This document shows positions 35,572 to 45,801 of a DNA stretch of 64,000 nucleotides, one piece after another. How positions within the stretch are numbered: the first letter of the stretch is position 1; each line of letters starts with the position of its first letter. Source of the DNA: Squalus acanthias (Eukaryota). A program made the position numbers and the translations under genes. The notes under the pieces are model-generated. The model did no database searches, was not told where the DNA came from, and saw only the letters and a list, made by a program, of their open reading frames with translations. Location of the stretch: assembly GCA_030390025.1 (NCBI GenBank), contig CM059432.1, forward strand, positions 122,080,001 to 122,144,000, in the 5' to 3' direction.

Positions 35572-37105
35572 CTGTATCTCTTGCCAAAAACCTTAAATCT
35601 GTGTCCCCTAGTCCTTGTACCATCAACTAGTGGGAACAGCCTTTCCCAGTCTAGCCTATCCAAACCCATCATGATCTTGTACACCTCTATCAAATCACCC
35701 CTCAACCTTCTTTGCTCCAATGAAAACAAATCCAGTTTCTCCAACCTGTCCTTGTAGCTAAGATCCCCCATCCCCGGAACCATTTTGGTAAATTTTCTCT
35801 GCACCCTCTCAAGGACCTTCACATCCTTCCTAAAGTATGGTGACCAGAACTGGATGTAATACTCCAGTTGTGGCCTAACCAGCGGTTTATAAAGTTTCAG
35901 CATAACTTTTGTGCTCAATACCTCTATTTATGAAACCCAAGATCCCATATGCTTTGTTAACCACTCTCTCAATATGTCCTGCCACCTTCAGGGACTTATG
36001 CACATTAACACCCAGGTCCCTCTGTCCCTGCACACTTTAAAACTGTGCCATTAAATGCTTATTGCCTCTCCCTGTTCCTTCTGCCAAAATGCATTACCCC
36101 ACACTTCTCTGTATTAAATTCCATCTGCCACATGTCTGCCCATTCTGCTAGCCTTTCTATGTCCTGTTGCAGTTGACTGGTATCATCCTCATTGTTTGCC
36201 ACACCCCCAAGTTTGGTGTCATCGGCAAATTTAGAAATTCTACTTTGTATTCCAATATCCAGTTCATTTATATATATCAAAAAAGCAGTGGCCCCAGCAC
36301 TGACCCTTAGGGAACACCACTGTCTACCATCCTCCAGTCTGAAAAACAGCCATTTACCACAACTCACTGTTTTCTGTCCTTAAACATAGAAACATAGAAA
36401 AATAGGAGCAGGAGTAGGCCATTCGGCCCTTCGAGCCTGCTCCGCCATTCAATATGATCATGGCTGATCCTCTATCTCAATACCATATTCCTGCTCTCTT
36501 CCCATACCCCTTGATGCCTTTTGTGTCTAGAAATCTATCTATCTCCTTCTTTAATATATTCAGTGACTTGGCCTCCACAGCCTTCTGTGGTAGAGAATTC
36601 CATAGGTTCACCACCCTCTGAGTGAATAAATTTCTCCTCATCTCAGTCCTCAGCCAATTCCTTATCCAAGCTGCCACTGACCCACCTATTCCACGAGCCT
36701 CAATTTTGTTAACCAGCCTTCTATGTGTTACTTTGTCAAACGCCTTCCTAAAATCCATGTAGACAACATCCATTGCATTCCCTTCAATGATCCTCCCTGT
36801 TACTTCATCAAAAAATTCAATTAGATTAGTCAAACACGATCTGCCTTTTCTAAATCCGTGTTGGCTCTCCTTAATTAGCTTAAACCTCTCCAAGTACCCG
36901 TTAATTTTTTCCTTAATCAGCACTGCCACCCCACCTCCCTTTTTTCCTTCCCTATCTTTTCTGAACACCTTGTTCCCTTGAATATTAAGTGCCCAGCCCT
37001 CACCGTTTTTAAGCGACGTTTCCGTTATTGCCACAACATCATATTGCCACACAGCTAATTGTGCTTGTAGCTCACCAACCTTATTCACCACACTTTGTGC
37101 ATTTA
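35572..37105 (-). mobile_element. CR1 LINE with a large internal deletion and a second CR1 3' end nested at 36382-36650
   Basis: ORFs 35523-35918, 36059-36367 and 36477-37091; AAACATAG tail at 36382. Confidence 0.85.
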
Positions 37106-37420
37106 CCTTTCAAAAGTTTGAGAATTAGCGCCAGGCGCTAATGCTTCAGACTGCATGCAAAATTCAGTCTCATTGCACAAAGAAAGGATTGGAGCACTAA
37201 ATCAAGCGCTAATGGCCTAGTTCAGTGGCGTTAAACTCGAAGCACTGACCAATATCAGGTGCAGTCTAATCACAAGTCAGCATTGCCACAGGCTCTTTCC
37301 GGTTCTTAAAGGGGAGGTTCAGTCAAGCTGCAGAACCTCATTCTCATCATTGCTGGTTCTGCAGCTGTCTCAGGCAGCAGCAGCTCAAGGAGAAGGAGCC
37401 AGACGACTCAAGCAGCTGTA

Positions 37421-39136
37421 ATGATGGCAGATCCACGCCCCAGGGAGAGAGCCCGCAGATTCTGCAACCAAGCATTGGAGGCGTTGGTCTTCGCTGTGGA
37501 GAGACGGAGGGCGGTGCTGTACCCGACAAGTGGCAGGAGGCCCTCGCCGCAAGTCTTCCGCGCCATGTGGAGGGAGGTAGCGCAGCAGGTCTCAGGCAGC
37601 ACTGTGGTCCCCAGGACCCACACACAGTGCAGGAAGAAATTTAACAACCTCACTCGGGTGGTCAGGGTGAGTCAATGCTTCAACAAATGCTACATACCAC
37701 CATCTGTACCTCAGTCTGCACACACTGCCCAAAGCACCACACCCCCAGCACTCACCCACCAACAATCTCCACCTACCAACACTCACACCCACATCTCACA
37801 TCTTGCACAAAATGACAGCTATTCAACTATGGCAGGCACACCACCCAAACACATTGCTCCACTCACTCACACACTTTCCTCTCTCTTGCAGGCCAGGCTG
37901 GCTCTCAACAGGAGGGAGCAGGAGCTCACAGGCGGGGGACAAGCTGACACCCAACCACCTTCTGAGCTGGAGGAAAGAATGCTGCAAATCAGTGGGCGCC
38001 AGCTGGTGGGCGCCGTGGCCACCGGCGATGTTGACCCCCTTGGGGACAACAATGGTATGTTCATCCTGACTCCTTCTTCTCATATCCCACTTCCCCCACA
38101 CACCACAAGCCTTTCCCACTTTCCAGCTAATCATGCTGCATGCATGCATTTCTCTCTCCTGCCCCACTCCCCTCACTTTAACCCGACTTTTGAGCCTTTA
38201 TGCTTTCATGATAATGAGCAAGCACCTGAGCAGCCTGTCCCAGAGGGTACCATAGAGAGCGAGGCAGAAGAAGAGGAGGAGGAAGAACACACCGCGTCAC
38301 TGCATCTCTCACCCGTAGATACCAGCTCAGATACTGGCACAACGCGTTCTTTAGAGGCTAGTATAGTAGCGGGATCTGCACAGGGTGATGCACCGGGAAC
38401 GAGAGGGCTGCAGCAAGGCCAGGGGGAAAGGGTAGCTCGGGGGCCAGCTCCCCGGAGGACGAGTTCACGCGCAAGTTCTGCTGCACAGAACTCAGATGAG
38501 GACCTCAATGGGGAGGCCTTTAGAAGAAGGGTGATGGACATGCACACGGTGATGATAGGTGCAATGGCAAGGGTGCCTGAGAGCCTCTCAGCTATGATAA
38601 GGAGCATGGAGGAGTCTGCCTTCAACATTGCGCAGAGCTCTGTGCACCTCATGGAGCCCATCATTTCCAGTCTGCAAAGGATGGTAGACTCCCAGAGAGA
38701 CCGTGGTCACCCAGACTTGATGTCATGTGTGATGGGCGATCTGGCAGCTTCCATTGCAGCACAGGCGGAAGCGACGCAACGTCTTAGTGCTGTAATGCAG
38801 TCTATGCTTGGTGCTATCGATTCTCAGACTGCTCTCATGCAGTCTCAGCTTGATGACACACAAGCTCTGACAGCTGCCATTGTGGCTGGGTCTCCCACCG
38901 TCGACTGGAGCTTTCACGGGGTCGCAGCAGGCCAGCAATCTGTGCTCCAACAGATTGCGAGGGATGCTGAGGTGCTGCCCCAGGGGAGTGGCAGTGGGTC
39001 AATGGAACAGGAACCTGCTGTCCTCTCTCAGGATGACAGCATTCCTACTCCCACCACTGGCACTCCGCCATTGCCTTTGTCACTGCCTGTCATCCAGCCA
39101 GCCCAGACTGCTGCCGCCCATGCTGAGGTGGTGTAG
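37421..39136 (+). CDS. Harbinger Myb/SANT-like protein of H4 (571-aa ORF reading through two predicted introns)
   Basis: RFCNQALEALV, WREVAQQV, RTHTQCRKKFNNL; predicted introns 37667-37891 and 38055-38210. Confidence 0.8.
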   Translation: MMADPRPRERARRFCNQALEALVFAVERRRAVLYPTSGRRPSPQVFRAMWREVAQQVSGSTVVPRTHTQCRKKFNNLTRVVRVSQCFNKCYIPPSVPQSAHTAQSTTPPALTHQQSPPTNTHTHISHLAQNDSYSTMAGTPPKHIAPLTHTLSSLLQARLALNRREQELTGGGQADTQPPSELEERMLQISGRQLVGAVATGDVDPLGDNNGMFILTPSSHIPLPPHTTSLSHFPANHAACMHFSLLPHSPHFNPTFEPLCFHDNEQAPEQPVPEGTIESEAEEEEEEEHTASLHLSPVDTSSDTGTTRSLEASIVAGSAQGDAPGTRGLQQGQGERVARGPAPRRTSSRASSAAQNSDEDLNGEAFRRRVMDMHTVMIGAMARVPESLSAMIRSMEESAFNIAQSSVHLMEPIISSLQRMVDSQRDRGHPDLMSCVMGDLAASIAAQAEATQRLSAVMQSMLGAIDSQTALMQSQLDDTQALTAAIVAGSPTVDWSFHGVAAGQQSVLQQIARDAEVLPQGSGSGSMEQEPAVLSQDDSIPTPTTGTPPLPLSLPVIQPAQTAAAHAEVV

Positions 39137-39495
39137 TCTACAGCCGGGACTTCCAGGCCCAGACTGGTTGAGGGCATCCTGCAAGGCCATCTGAAGTCTC
39201 CCGCTTGGACACTCAGCAGCCTTCCACCAGCCGTGCTGCAGCCACTGGGCCAACACTTCATAGGAGCACTAGAGCAGGCAAAGGCACAGTAACGAGAGGC
39301 ACTGAGGGATTGTACATAAAGGGTGAATAGTTAATATTGTTGTTGTAAATATATGCTCACTGATTATTGATAAATTTATGAATTCATTTTGGATTCTTTT
39401 GTGGCATCTCTCATTTCAGCTTTGCGCTGTGATATGGCCTGTGACAGGGATGGAATGATGGGGATGTGGTGAGCAACGGGGATCTGGGGTTTAAT

Positions 39496-40554
39496 TTATT
39501 GGAACCACAGTCTAATGAGGCGATCACGGACCGCCCTTCTGGAAGGTTGATTGAGTGGCTGCCTCCTCCCTCGTTCCTGTTCCTCCTCCTCCTAGTCCTC
39601 CTCTTCCTCTTCCTCCTTGGCCTCCTCCTCCTCCTCTTCCTCCTCCTCCTCTCCCTCTTCCTCCTCCTAAGGTGGTCCTGCAATCCCTGGTGGCAAGGGC
39701 TGGGCCATCACTCTCATTATAGGAGTGCTGTGCAGGAGTGTTGGGGTTGCGGAGGGGAGCCATGAGCCAGGTGGAGAGCGGATACCCCTTGTCTCTGACC
39801 AGCCAGCCACGAGCTTGTTGTGGTGGCTAGAAGAGTGCTGGCACACCAGTCTGGCGCAGGATGAAGGCATCGTGGCTGCTGCCAGGATAGCGGGCATTGA
39901 CATTGAGGATTCGCTGTCTGTGGTCGCACACCAACTGTACATTAAGTGAGTGGTAGCCTTTGCGGTTACAGAAGATCTCAGCTTTGTTATGTGGTGCTTG
40001 CAAAGCCACGTGGGTGCAATCAATGGCACCCTGCACCATGGGGAAGCCCGCTATCCTGGCAAAGCCACATGCATGCACATCCTGCTTCTCTCTGGTGATG
40101 GTGAAGGAAATGTAGTCCCTTCTCCTACTGTAGAGAGCCTCTGTGACCTGCCAGATGCAGCGATGGATTGTGAACTGCGAGATGTTAGCTATGTCTCTTG
40201 TTGCAGACTGGAAGGATCCACTGGCCTGGCGAAGAAATTGAGTGCGACGGTGAGCTTGACTGCCACTGAGAGAGCCGTGTTCACCCTGATCTCAGGCTTG
40301 AGGTCTGGTTGCCGGAGGTGGCAGAGTTCTGTGACCACCTCCTTGGTGAAGTGGAGCCTTCTAATACACTGCTCCTCGCTTAATTGGAGGTAGGAGAAGT
40401 GCTCTCGGAAGACCCTTGGAGGGTAAGGCCTCCTGTTGAGAGCCCTCATGGCCCTTCTCCGCCCTCTGGCCACATGTTCCAATCTTTCTCGCTGCCTCTG
40501 CTCCCTCCACAATAGATCCTGGAGGGTGAGGTCGACTGCCAGTACAGCCCCCAT
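39496..40554 (-). pseudogene. Harbinger DDE transposase of H4, with deletion and frameshifts
   Basis: [23 protein letters not shown] motifs; the EQT..LK.RFRCL segment is missing. Confidence 0.88.
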
Positions 40555-41653
40555 TAATGTAACCAAGTGTAGCACTTTGATATGTTGTGAGACTAAACAA
40601 CCTTTAAATGACTGAAGTAAACTGTTGCACAATGTCAAACTGACAAGGAAGCAGTGAAACAGCACTAACCTAACAGCTGCGACTCATTATTCATGATCCC
40701 TTTAAGAAGCGCCCCTGGAGCCGGCTACCAACTGCTTCACGCCTCCTCTCCCTGTCGCTGTCGGGGCGAGGCGCTAAGGCAGGGGGCGACAATGTATTTT
40801 GCAGATCAGGCGCCCAGTGAGCATTGCACGCTCACTGACATCATGATCAGCCTGGCGCTGAGGTCCCCGGCGGTAACTCGTCACAACTTAAATTTGTGAC
40901 CCCTGGTCCTCCCTATCACCTTGGAGACACACGAGTGTAAGAAGACTATCCTGAAGGCTCTGGGACACTGAAAATTTACCAAAAGTTAATTTGGTGAAAT
41001 CCAGAGAATATTATGAAATACCAGACAAAGTTTGTAGTCATTGCAGATAATAATTGCATATCTTTGCTTGCAAGCAAGTCTGTGTAGCAAATGGGACTAA
41101 TCACATTCCAGAACGAAAATATACTTTCCACCACAACTGAGGTCAGATTATAGGCAGCAGCGAGACTCAACGGCCCCGATCTTGACAGGGGCGGGTTGTG
41201 TGGGCGGGCGTCGGGGTTTCTGTCAGGAAACCCGGAAGTTTGGGTTTCCCCACATGCTTTTGGCCCTGACAGGTTCCTCGCCCGGAAGTCAGCTTGATTG
41301 ACAGGCTTGGCTTCCAGTCTGGCAGGGAGCACTCCGGAGCAGGCCGCAGGAGTTGGTAAGGAGCCTGCAGCTGCTATTGGGAATGTGATGGAGGGGGGGG
41401 AGTCCATTACCCAACCCCAGGGGTCTTTGTATTGGGCGGGGGGGGTGGCTGATGGGGGGTGGGGAGATTGGGGGGCCGGGGAGGAGCACTCCTGCTCCTC
41501 CATGGCCACAAGCAGTGCTGTAAAGGCACTTACCTTCTCCCTGAAGCTGTACTCGCCTCCCTTCAGCTGTCGGGTTCCCCGAGGCCTGGGAAACCCAGCC
41601 GGCCACTGTTAAATCTGCAAAGCAGGTTAAATCTGAGGCTGCCAGCTCACTAT

Positions 41654-43462
41654 CTTCTTCGTAGGCAGTCCCTCGGAACCGAAGATGACTTGCTTCCACA
41701 TTAAAAATGGGTTCTCAGGTGACTGATGAGTCCAATGCGGGACCTACAGTCTCTGTCACAGGTGGGGCAGACGGTGGTTGAAGGGGAGGGTGGGTGGGGT
41801 GCTTGGGTTGACGTACGCTTCTTCCGCTGTTTGCGCTTGGCTTCCGCTTGCTCCCAGCGAAGAGACTCGAGGTATTCAGCGCCTTCCCGGATGCTTCTCC
41901 TCCACTTTGTATGGTCTTGGGCCAGGGATTCCCAGGTGTCGGTGGGGATGTTGCACTTTTTCAAGGAGGCTTTGAGGGTGTCCTTGAAGCGTTTCCTCTG
42001 CCCACCTGGGGCTCTCTTGCCGTGTCGGTGCTCCGAGTAGAGCGCTTGTTTTGGGAGTCTCGTATCGGGCATGTGGACGATGTGACCCGTCCATCAGAGC
42101 TGATCGAGCGTGGTCAAAGCTTCAATGCTGGGGATGTTGGCCTGAGCGAGAACACTGACGTTGGTGTGCCTATCCTGCCAATGGATTTGCAGGATCTTGC
42201 AGAGGCAGTGTTGGTGGTACCTCTCCAGTGCTTTGAGGTGCCTGCTGTACATGGTCCATGTCTCTGAGGCATACAGGAGGGTGGGTATTACTACTGCTCT
42301 GTAGACCATGAGCTTGGTGCCAGGTTTGAGGTCCTGGTCTTCAAACACTCTCTTCCTCAGGTGACCGAAGGCTGCACCGGCACACTGAAGGTGGTGTTGG
42401 ACTTCGTCATCGATGTCTGCCCTTGTTGACAGTAGGCTCCCGAGGTATGGAAAGTGGTCCACGTTGTCCAAGGCCTTGTCATGGATTTTGATAATCGGGG
42501 GGCAGTACTGTGTGGCGGGGGCAGGTTGGTAGAGGACCTTTGTCTTACGGATGTTTAGTGTAAGGCCCATGCTCTCGTACGCTTCGGTGAAGGTGTTAAT
42601 GATGGTTTGGAGTTCGACCTCCGAGTGTGCGCAGACGCAAGCATCGCCTGCATACTGTAATTCGACGACAGAGGAAGGGACGACCTTGGATCTGGACTGG
42701 AGGCGACGGAGGTTGAACAGTTTCCCGTTTGTTCTGTAAATTAGCTCCACTCCAGTGGGGAGCTTACTGAGGGTGAGATGGAGCATTGCAGCAAGGAAGA
42801 TTAAGAAGAGCGTTGGTGCGATGACACAACTTTGCTTGACCCCGGTCCGTACATGAATTGGGTCTGTGGTGGAAACGTTGGTCAGGATCACGGCTTGCAT
42901 GTCGTCGTGAAGCAGGAGGAAGATGGTGACAAACTTTTGAGGGAAGCCGAATTTGAGGAGGACACTCCATAATCCCTCACGGTTGACAGTGTCAAAGGCC
43001 TTTGTGAGGTCAAAGAAGGCCATGTACAGCGGTTGGCGCTGTTCCCTGCATTTCTCTTGTAATTGGCGCGCGGTGAAGATCATGTCCATTGTGCCCCTTA
43101 GTGGGCGGAATCCGCATTGCGACTCTGGGAGGAGCTCTTCAGCCACTGGGAGAAGGCGATTGAGGAGGATTCTTGCGATGACTTTCCCTGTGGCAGACAG
43201 CAGGGAAACTCCTCTGTAATTACTGCAATCGGACTTTTCACCTTTCTTGAAGATGGTCACAATTACGGCGTCTCTGAGATCCCCTGGCATGCTCTCCGCC
43301 TTCCAGATAAGAGAAATGAGTTCATGAATTTGCACCAGTAGTGCTTCTCCACCATGCTTTAGCGCCTCGGCAGGGATTCCATCTGTTCCTGAGGCCTTGT
43401 TGTTCTTCAGTTGTCGGATGGCCTTTTCAACCTCATGCCGGGCTGGAGTTGTGCTGGGGTTG
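41654..43462 (-). mobile_element. RTE-clade LINE, 5'-truncated
   Basis: 459-aa RT ORF (PESQCGFR, FFDLTKAFD, LQYAGD) plus C-terminal ORF (LPKQALYSE, C2H2-like CPTC..HLRTH); (GAA)n tail; 14-bp TSD TGCCAGCTCACTAT at 41640-41653 and 43463-43476. Confidence 0.92.
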
Positions 43463-43955
43463 TGCCAGCTCACTATAATATTTAAATGGCCAACCCACCT
43501 CCGGGGGGCGCTAACGGGGCGCTGACAACTTGCTGCCTGAGCACGGCGATTTTAGCGCTGTCTGCGAAATTGACCTGGTGGTTTGCGGTGGCACTAAACA
43601 CTACCGCCATGATCTCCTGCGCCCGGAGATCATGACGTCATCCAAGGGCGCATCGCCTCAGTAGTGCCCCGGACCAGAAATTGATTCGCGCCTCCTGCCT
43701 CAGTGCCTGGCGCTAGGAACTACAGGTAGAGGGGGACGGTTTGCAGTCAGCTGGGAGCTGGGGGAGCGCTATTTAAAGGCGTGCGCTTCCTGTTTTTTCC
43801 TGTCGGCAATCAATTTTGCATACGCATGTTGAGAGAGGGAGAGAGGCATCTGGAGACATTTAACACTATCCTACTTGAAGGAGTTTTGTTCTTCAGTAAG
43901 ACTTTTCAGGTTCCCATTTCTGTAAGCTTTATTACTACCACATTTAGAAGATTTA

Positions 43956-45103
43956 ATGGGGGCTATACAAGCACGGGGCCTCGTCCTCCAGCTTCACCGT
44001 CGGAGGCAGCGGAGGCAGAGAGAGAGAGTGGAAAGTGTGGCCAGAGGGAGGAGGGCCAACAGGCCTCTGCACAGGAGACCTTACCCTCCCAGGGTATTCA
44101 GGGAGCAATTCTCATATATCCATCTCCTTCAGCAAGGAGGTGCTCACAGAGCTCTGCCACCTCCTGCAACCAGAGCTGCAGCCTCAGCTCAGGACCAGGA
44201 CGTCTCTGTCGGTGGCAGTGAAGGTGACAGTGCCTCTCAATTTCTATGCCAACGGCTCCTTCCAGGCTTCAACAGGGGATATTGTGAACATCTCCCAGTT
44301 CGCTGTCCATTGTTGCATCCGGGAGGTCACAAATGCTCTGTACAAAAAGGAGAAGGGAGTACATCTTATTCCCCATGACCCAAGACATACACCGTGAACG
44401 TGCATGTGGCTTCGCTAGGATAGCGGGCTTCCCCATGGTTCAGGGCACCATTGACTGCATGCACGTGGCATTGCAGGCACCTCATCAAAATACAGAGGTT
44501 TTCTGCAACCGCAAAAGCTTCCACTCTCTGCACGTGCAGTTGGTGTGTGACCACAGACAGCGCATCCTCGCCGTCAATGCCCGCTATCCTAGCAGCAGCC
44601 ACGATGCATTCATCCTGCGCCAGACTGGTGTCCCAGGCCTGTTCCAACCACCGCATCACTCTCGTGGCTGGCTCCTTGGGGACAAGGGTTATCCACTCTG
44701 CACCTGGCTGATGACACCGCTCCATAACCCCAACACGCCTGCTGAGCTTGCCTACAATGAGAGCCACAGCGCCACCAGGAACCTCATTGAGCAGACGACA
44801 GGCATGCTGAAGCAATGGTTGCAGTGTCTTGACCACTCTGGAGGAGCCCTGCAGTACTCCCCCGATCGAGTATTGGTTTTCATTGTTGTGTGCTGCATGC
44901 TTCACAACCTCGCCATTCTAAGGACCCAGCCATTGTCAACAGGGATTGGTGGACCACCTCAGGAGGAGGAAGAGGGAGAGGAGGAGGAGGGTGCGGAGGA
45001 GGAGGATAATGAGGAGGATGAGCAGCAACAATGTGGGAGAGAGGCACTCAATGTTGCTTCTGCAAGGGCCATTCGTGAAAGCCTCATAAGACAGCGCTTC
45101 TGA
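43956..45103 (+). pseudogene. Harbinger DDE transposase of H5
   Basis: IDCMH, GDKGY, LIEQT, VCCMLHN; split over three overlapping ORFs by frameshifts. Confidence 0.9.
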
Positions 45104-45485
45104 TGAATGACAGAAAAGATGACTTTTGGGATCAAAAACCACATCATTACAGCCATCCCGCAGCCCCTATTACCGGGCAAAGTTCCAATGATTAACATGA
45201 GGAAATCTGTAACGTTTCAATAAAATTTTTATTTTTCTGAACAACTGTGTCTTATTAACCACAACCAATAACAAACAAACACAACAATTCATTAACAAAC
45301 AAAACTGGTTCTTACCACGTCGAAATAAGTCTTAACAGAGTGAACAATATATTTACATACACATCCAACTTTGTTACAAACACTCCCCCCATATGTTAGA
45401 AAAAATGTAGTTATTCGGCCTTCTTCAATGATCTCCATCCCCTTCGCACTTCCCCCCTCCCAACCCTACTGCTCCTCCGTAATGT

Positions 45486-45801
45486 TGTGGAGATGCCGGC
45501 GTTGGACTGGGGTGGACAAAAATGAGAAGTCGCACAACACCAGGTTATAGTCCAACAGATTTATTTAATTTTACAAGCTTTCGGAGCTGTTCGCTCCTTC
45601 CTCAGGTAAGTTAGCAGTGAGAGAATCTCCCAGAATTCACAATTTAAACACAGACAAAATCTATTCAAATCTTTCCCTACATCAAAGACACACTAAGAGC
45701 ACAGCCAAGACAATGAGATGTGTCCCAGGGGGTCCAACGTGTCAAACCACCTGCTGGCTGCATATCCTGTCAATTTGTGTTGGTTCTTGTGTTAGTCTTT
45801 T
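45486..45801 (-). mobile_element. Single-arm PLE terminal-repeat fragment of the fold-back family, inserted in H5
   Basis: Same tail and body as the 3115 and 21324 elements plus ~190 nt further upstream; TAATGT repeated at 45480-45485 and 45802-45807. Confidence 0.75.
45571..45609 (-). ncRNA. Minimal hammerhead ribozyme motif (family B variant)
   Basis: TTAC-CTGAGGA-A-GGAGC-GAACA-GCTCC-GAAA-GCTT-GTAA. Confidence 0.82.

Larger units (their letters stand above)
37108..40903. mobile_element. PIF/Harbinger transposon H4 (left tip lost)
   Basis: Myb/SANT gene on +, transposase on -; TTAGCGC subterminal motifs; AAATTTGTGACCCC right end. Confidence 0.88.

Noticed and set aside
39411..39765. Arg-rich and Leu-rich ORFs resembling protamine or membrane peptides
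   Set aside because: Alternative frames of the GAG-repeat polyE tract of the H4 transposase
40980..41080. Possible exon DLLASKDMQLLSAMTTNFV on the minus strand
   Set aside because: Ambiguous donor, and its phase does not bridge exon D (ends phase 0) to exon E (starts phase 0)
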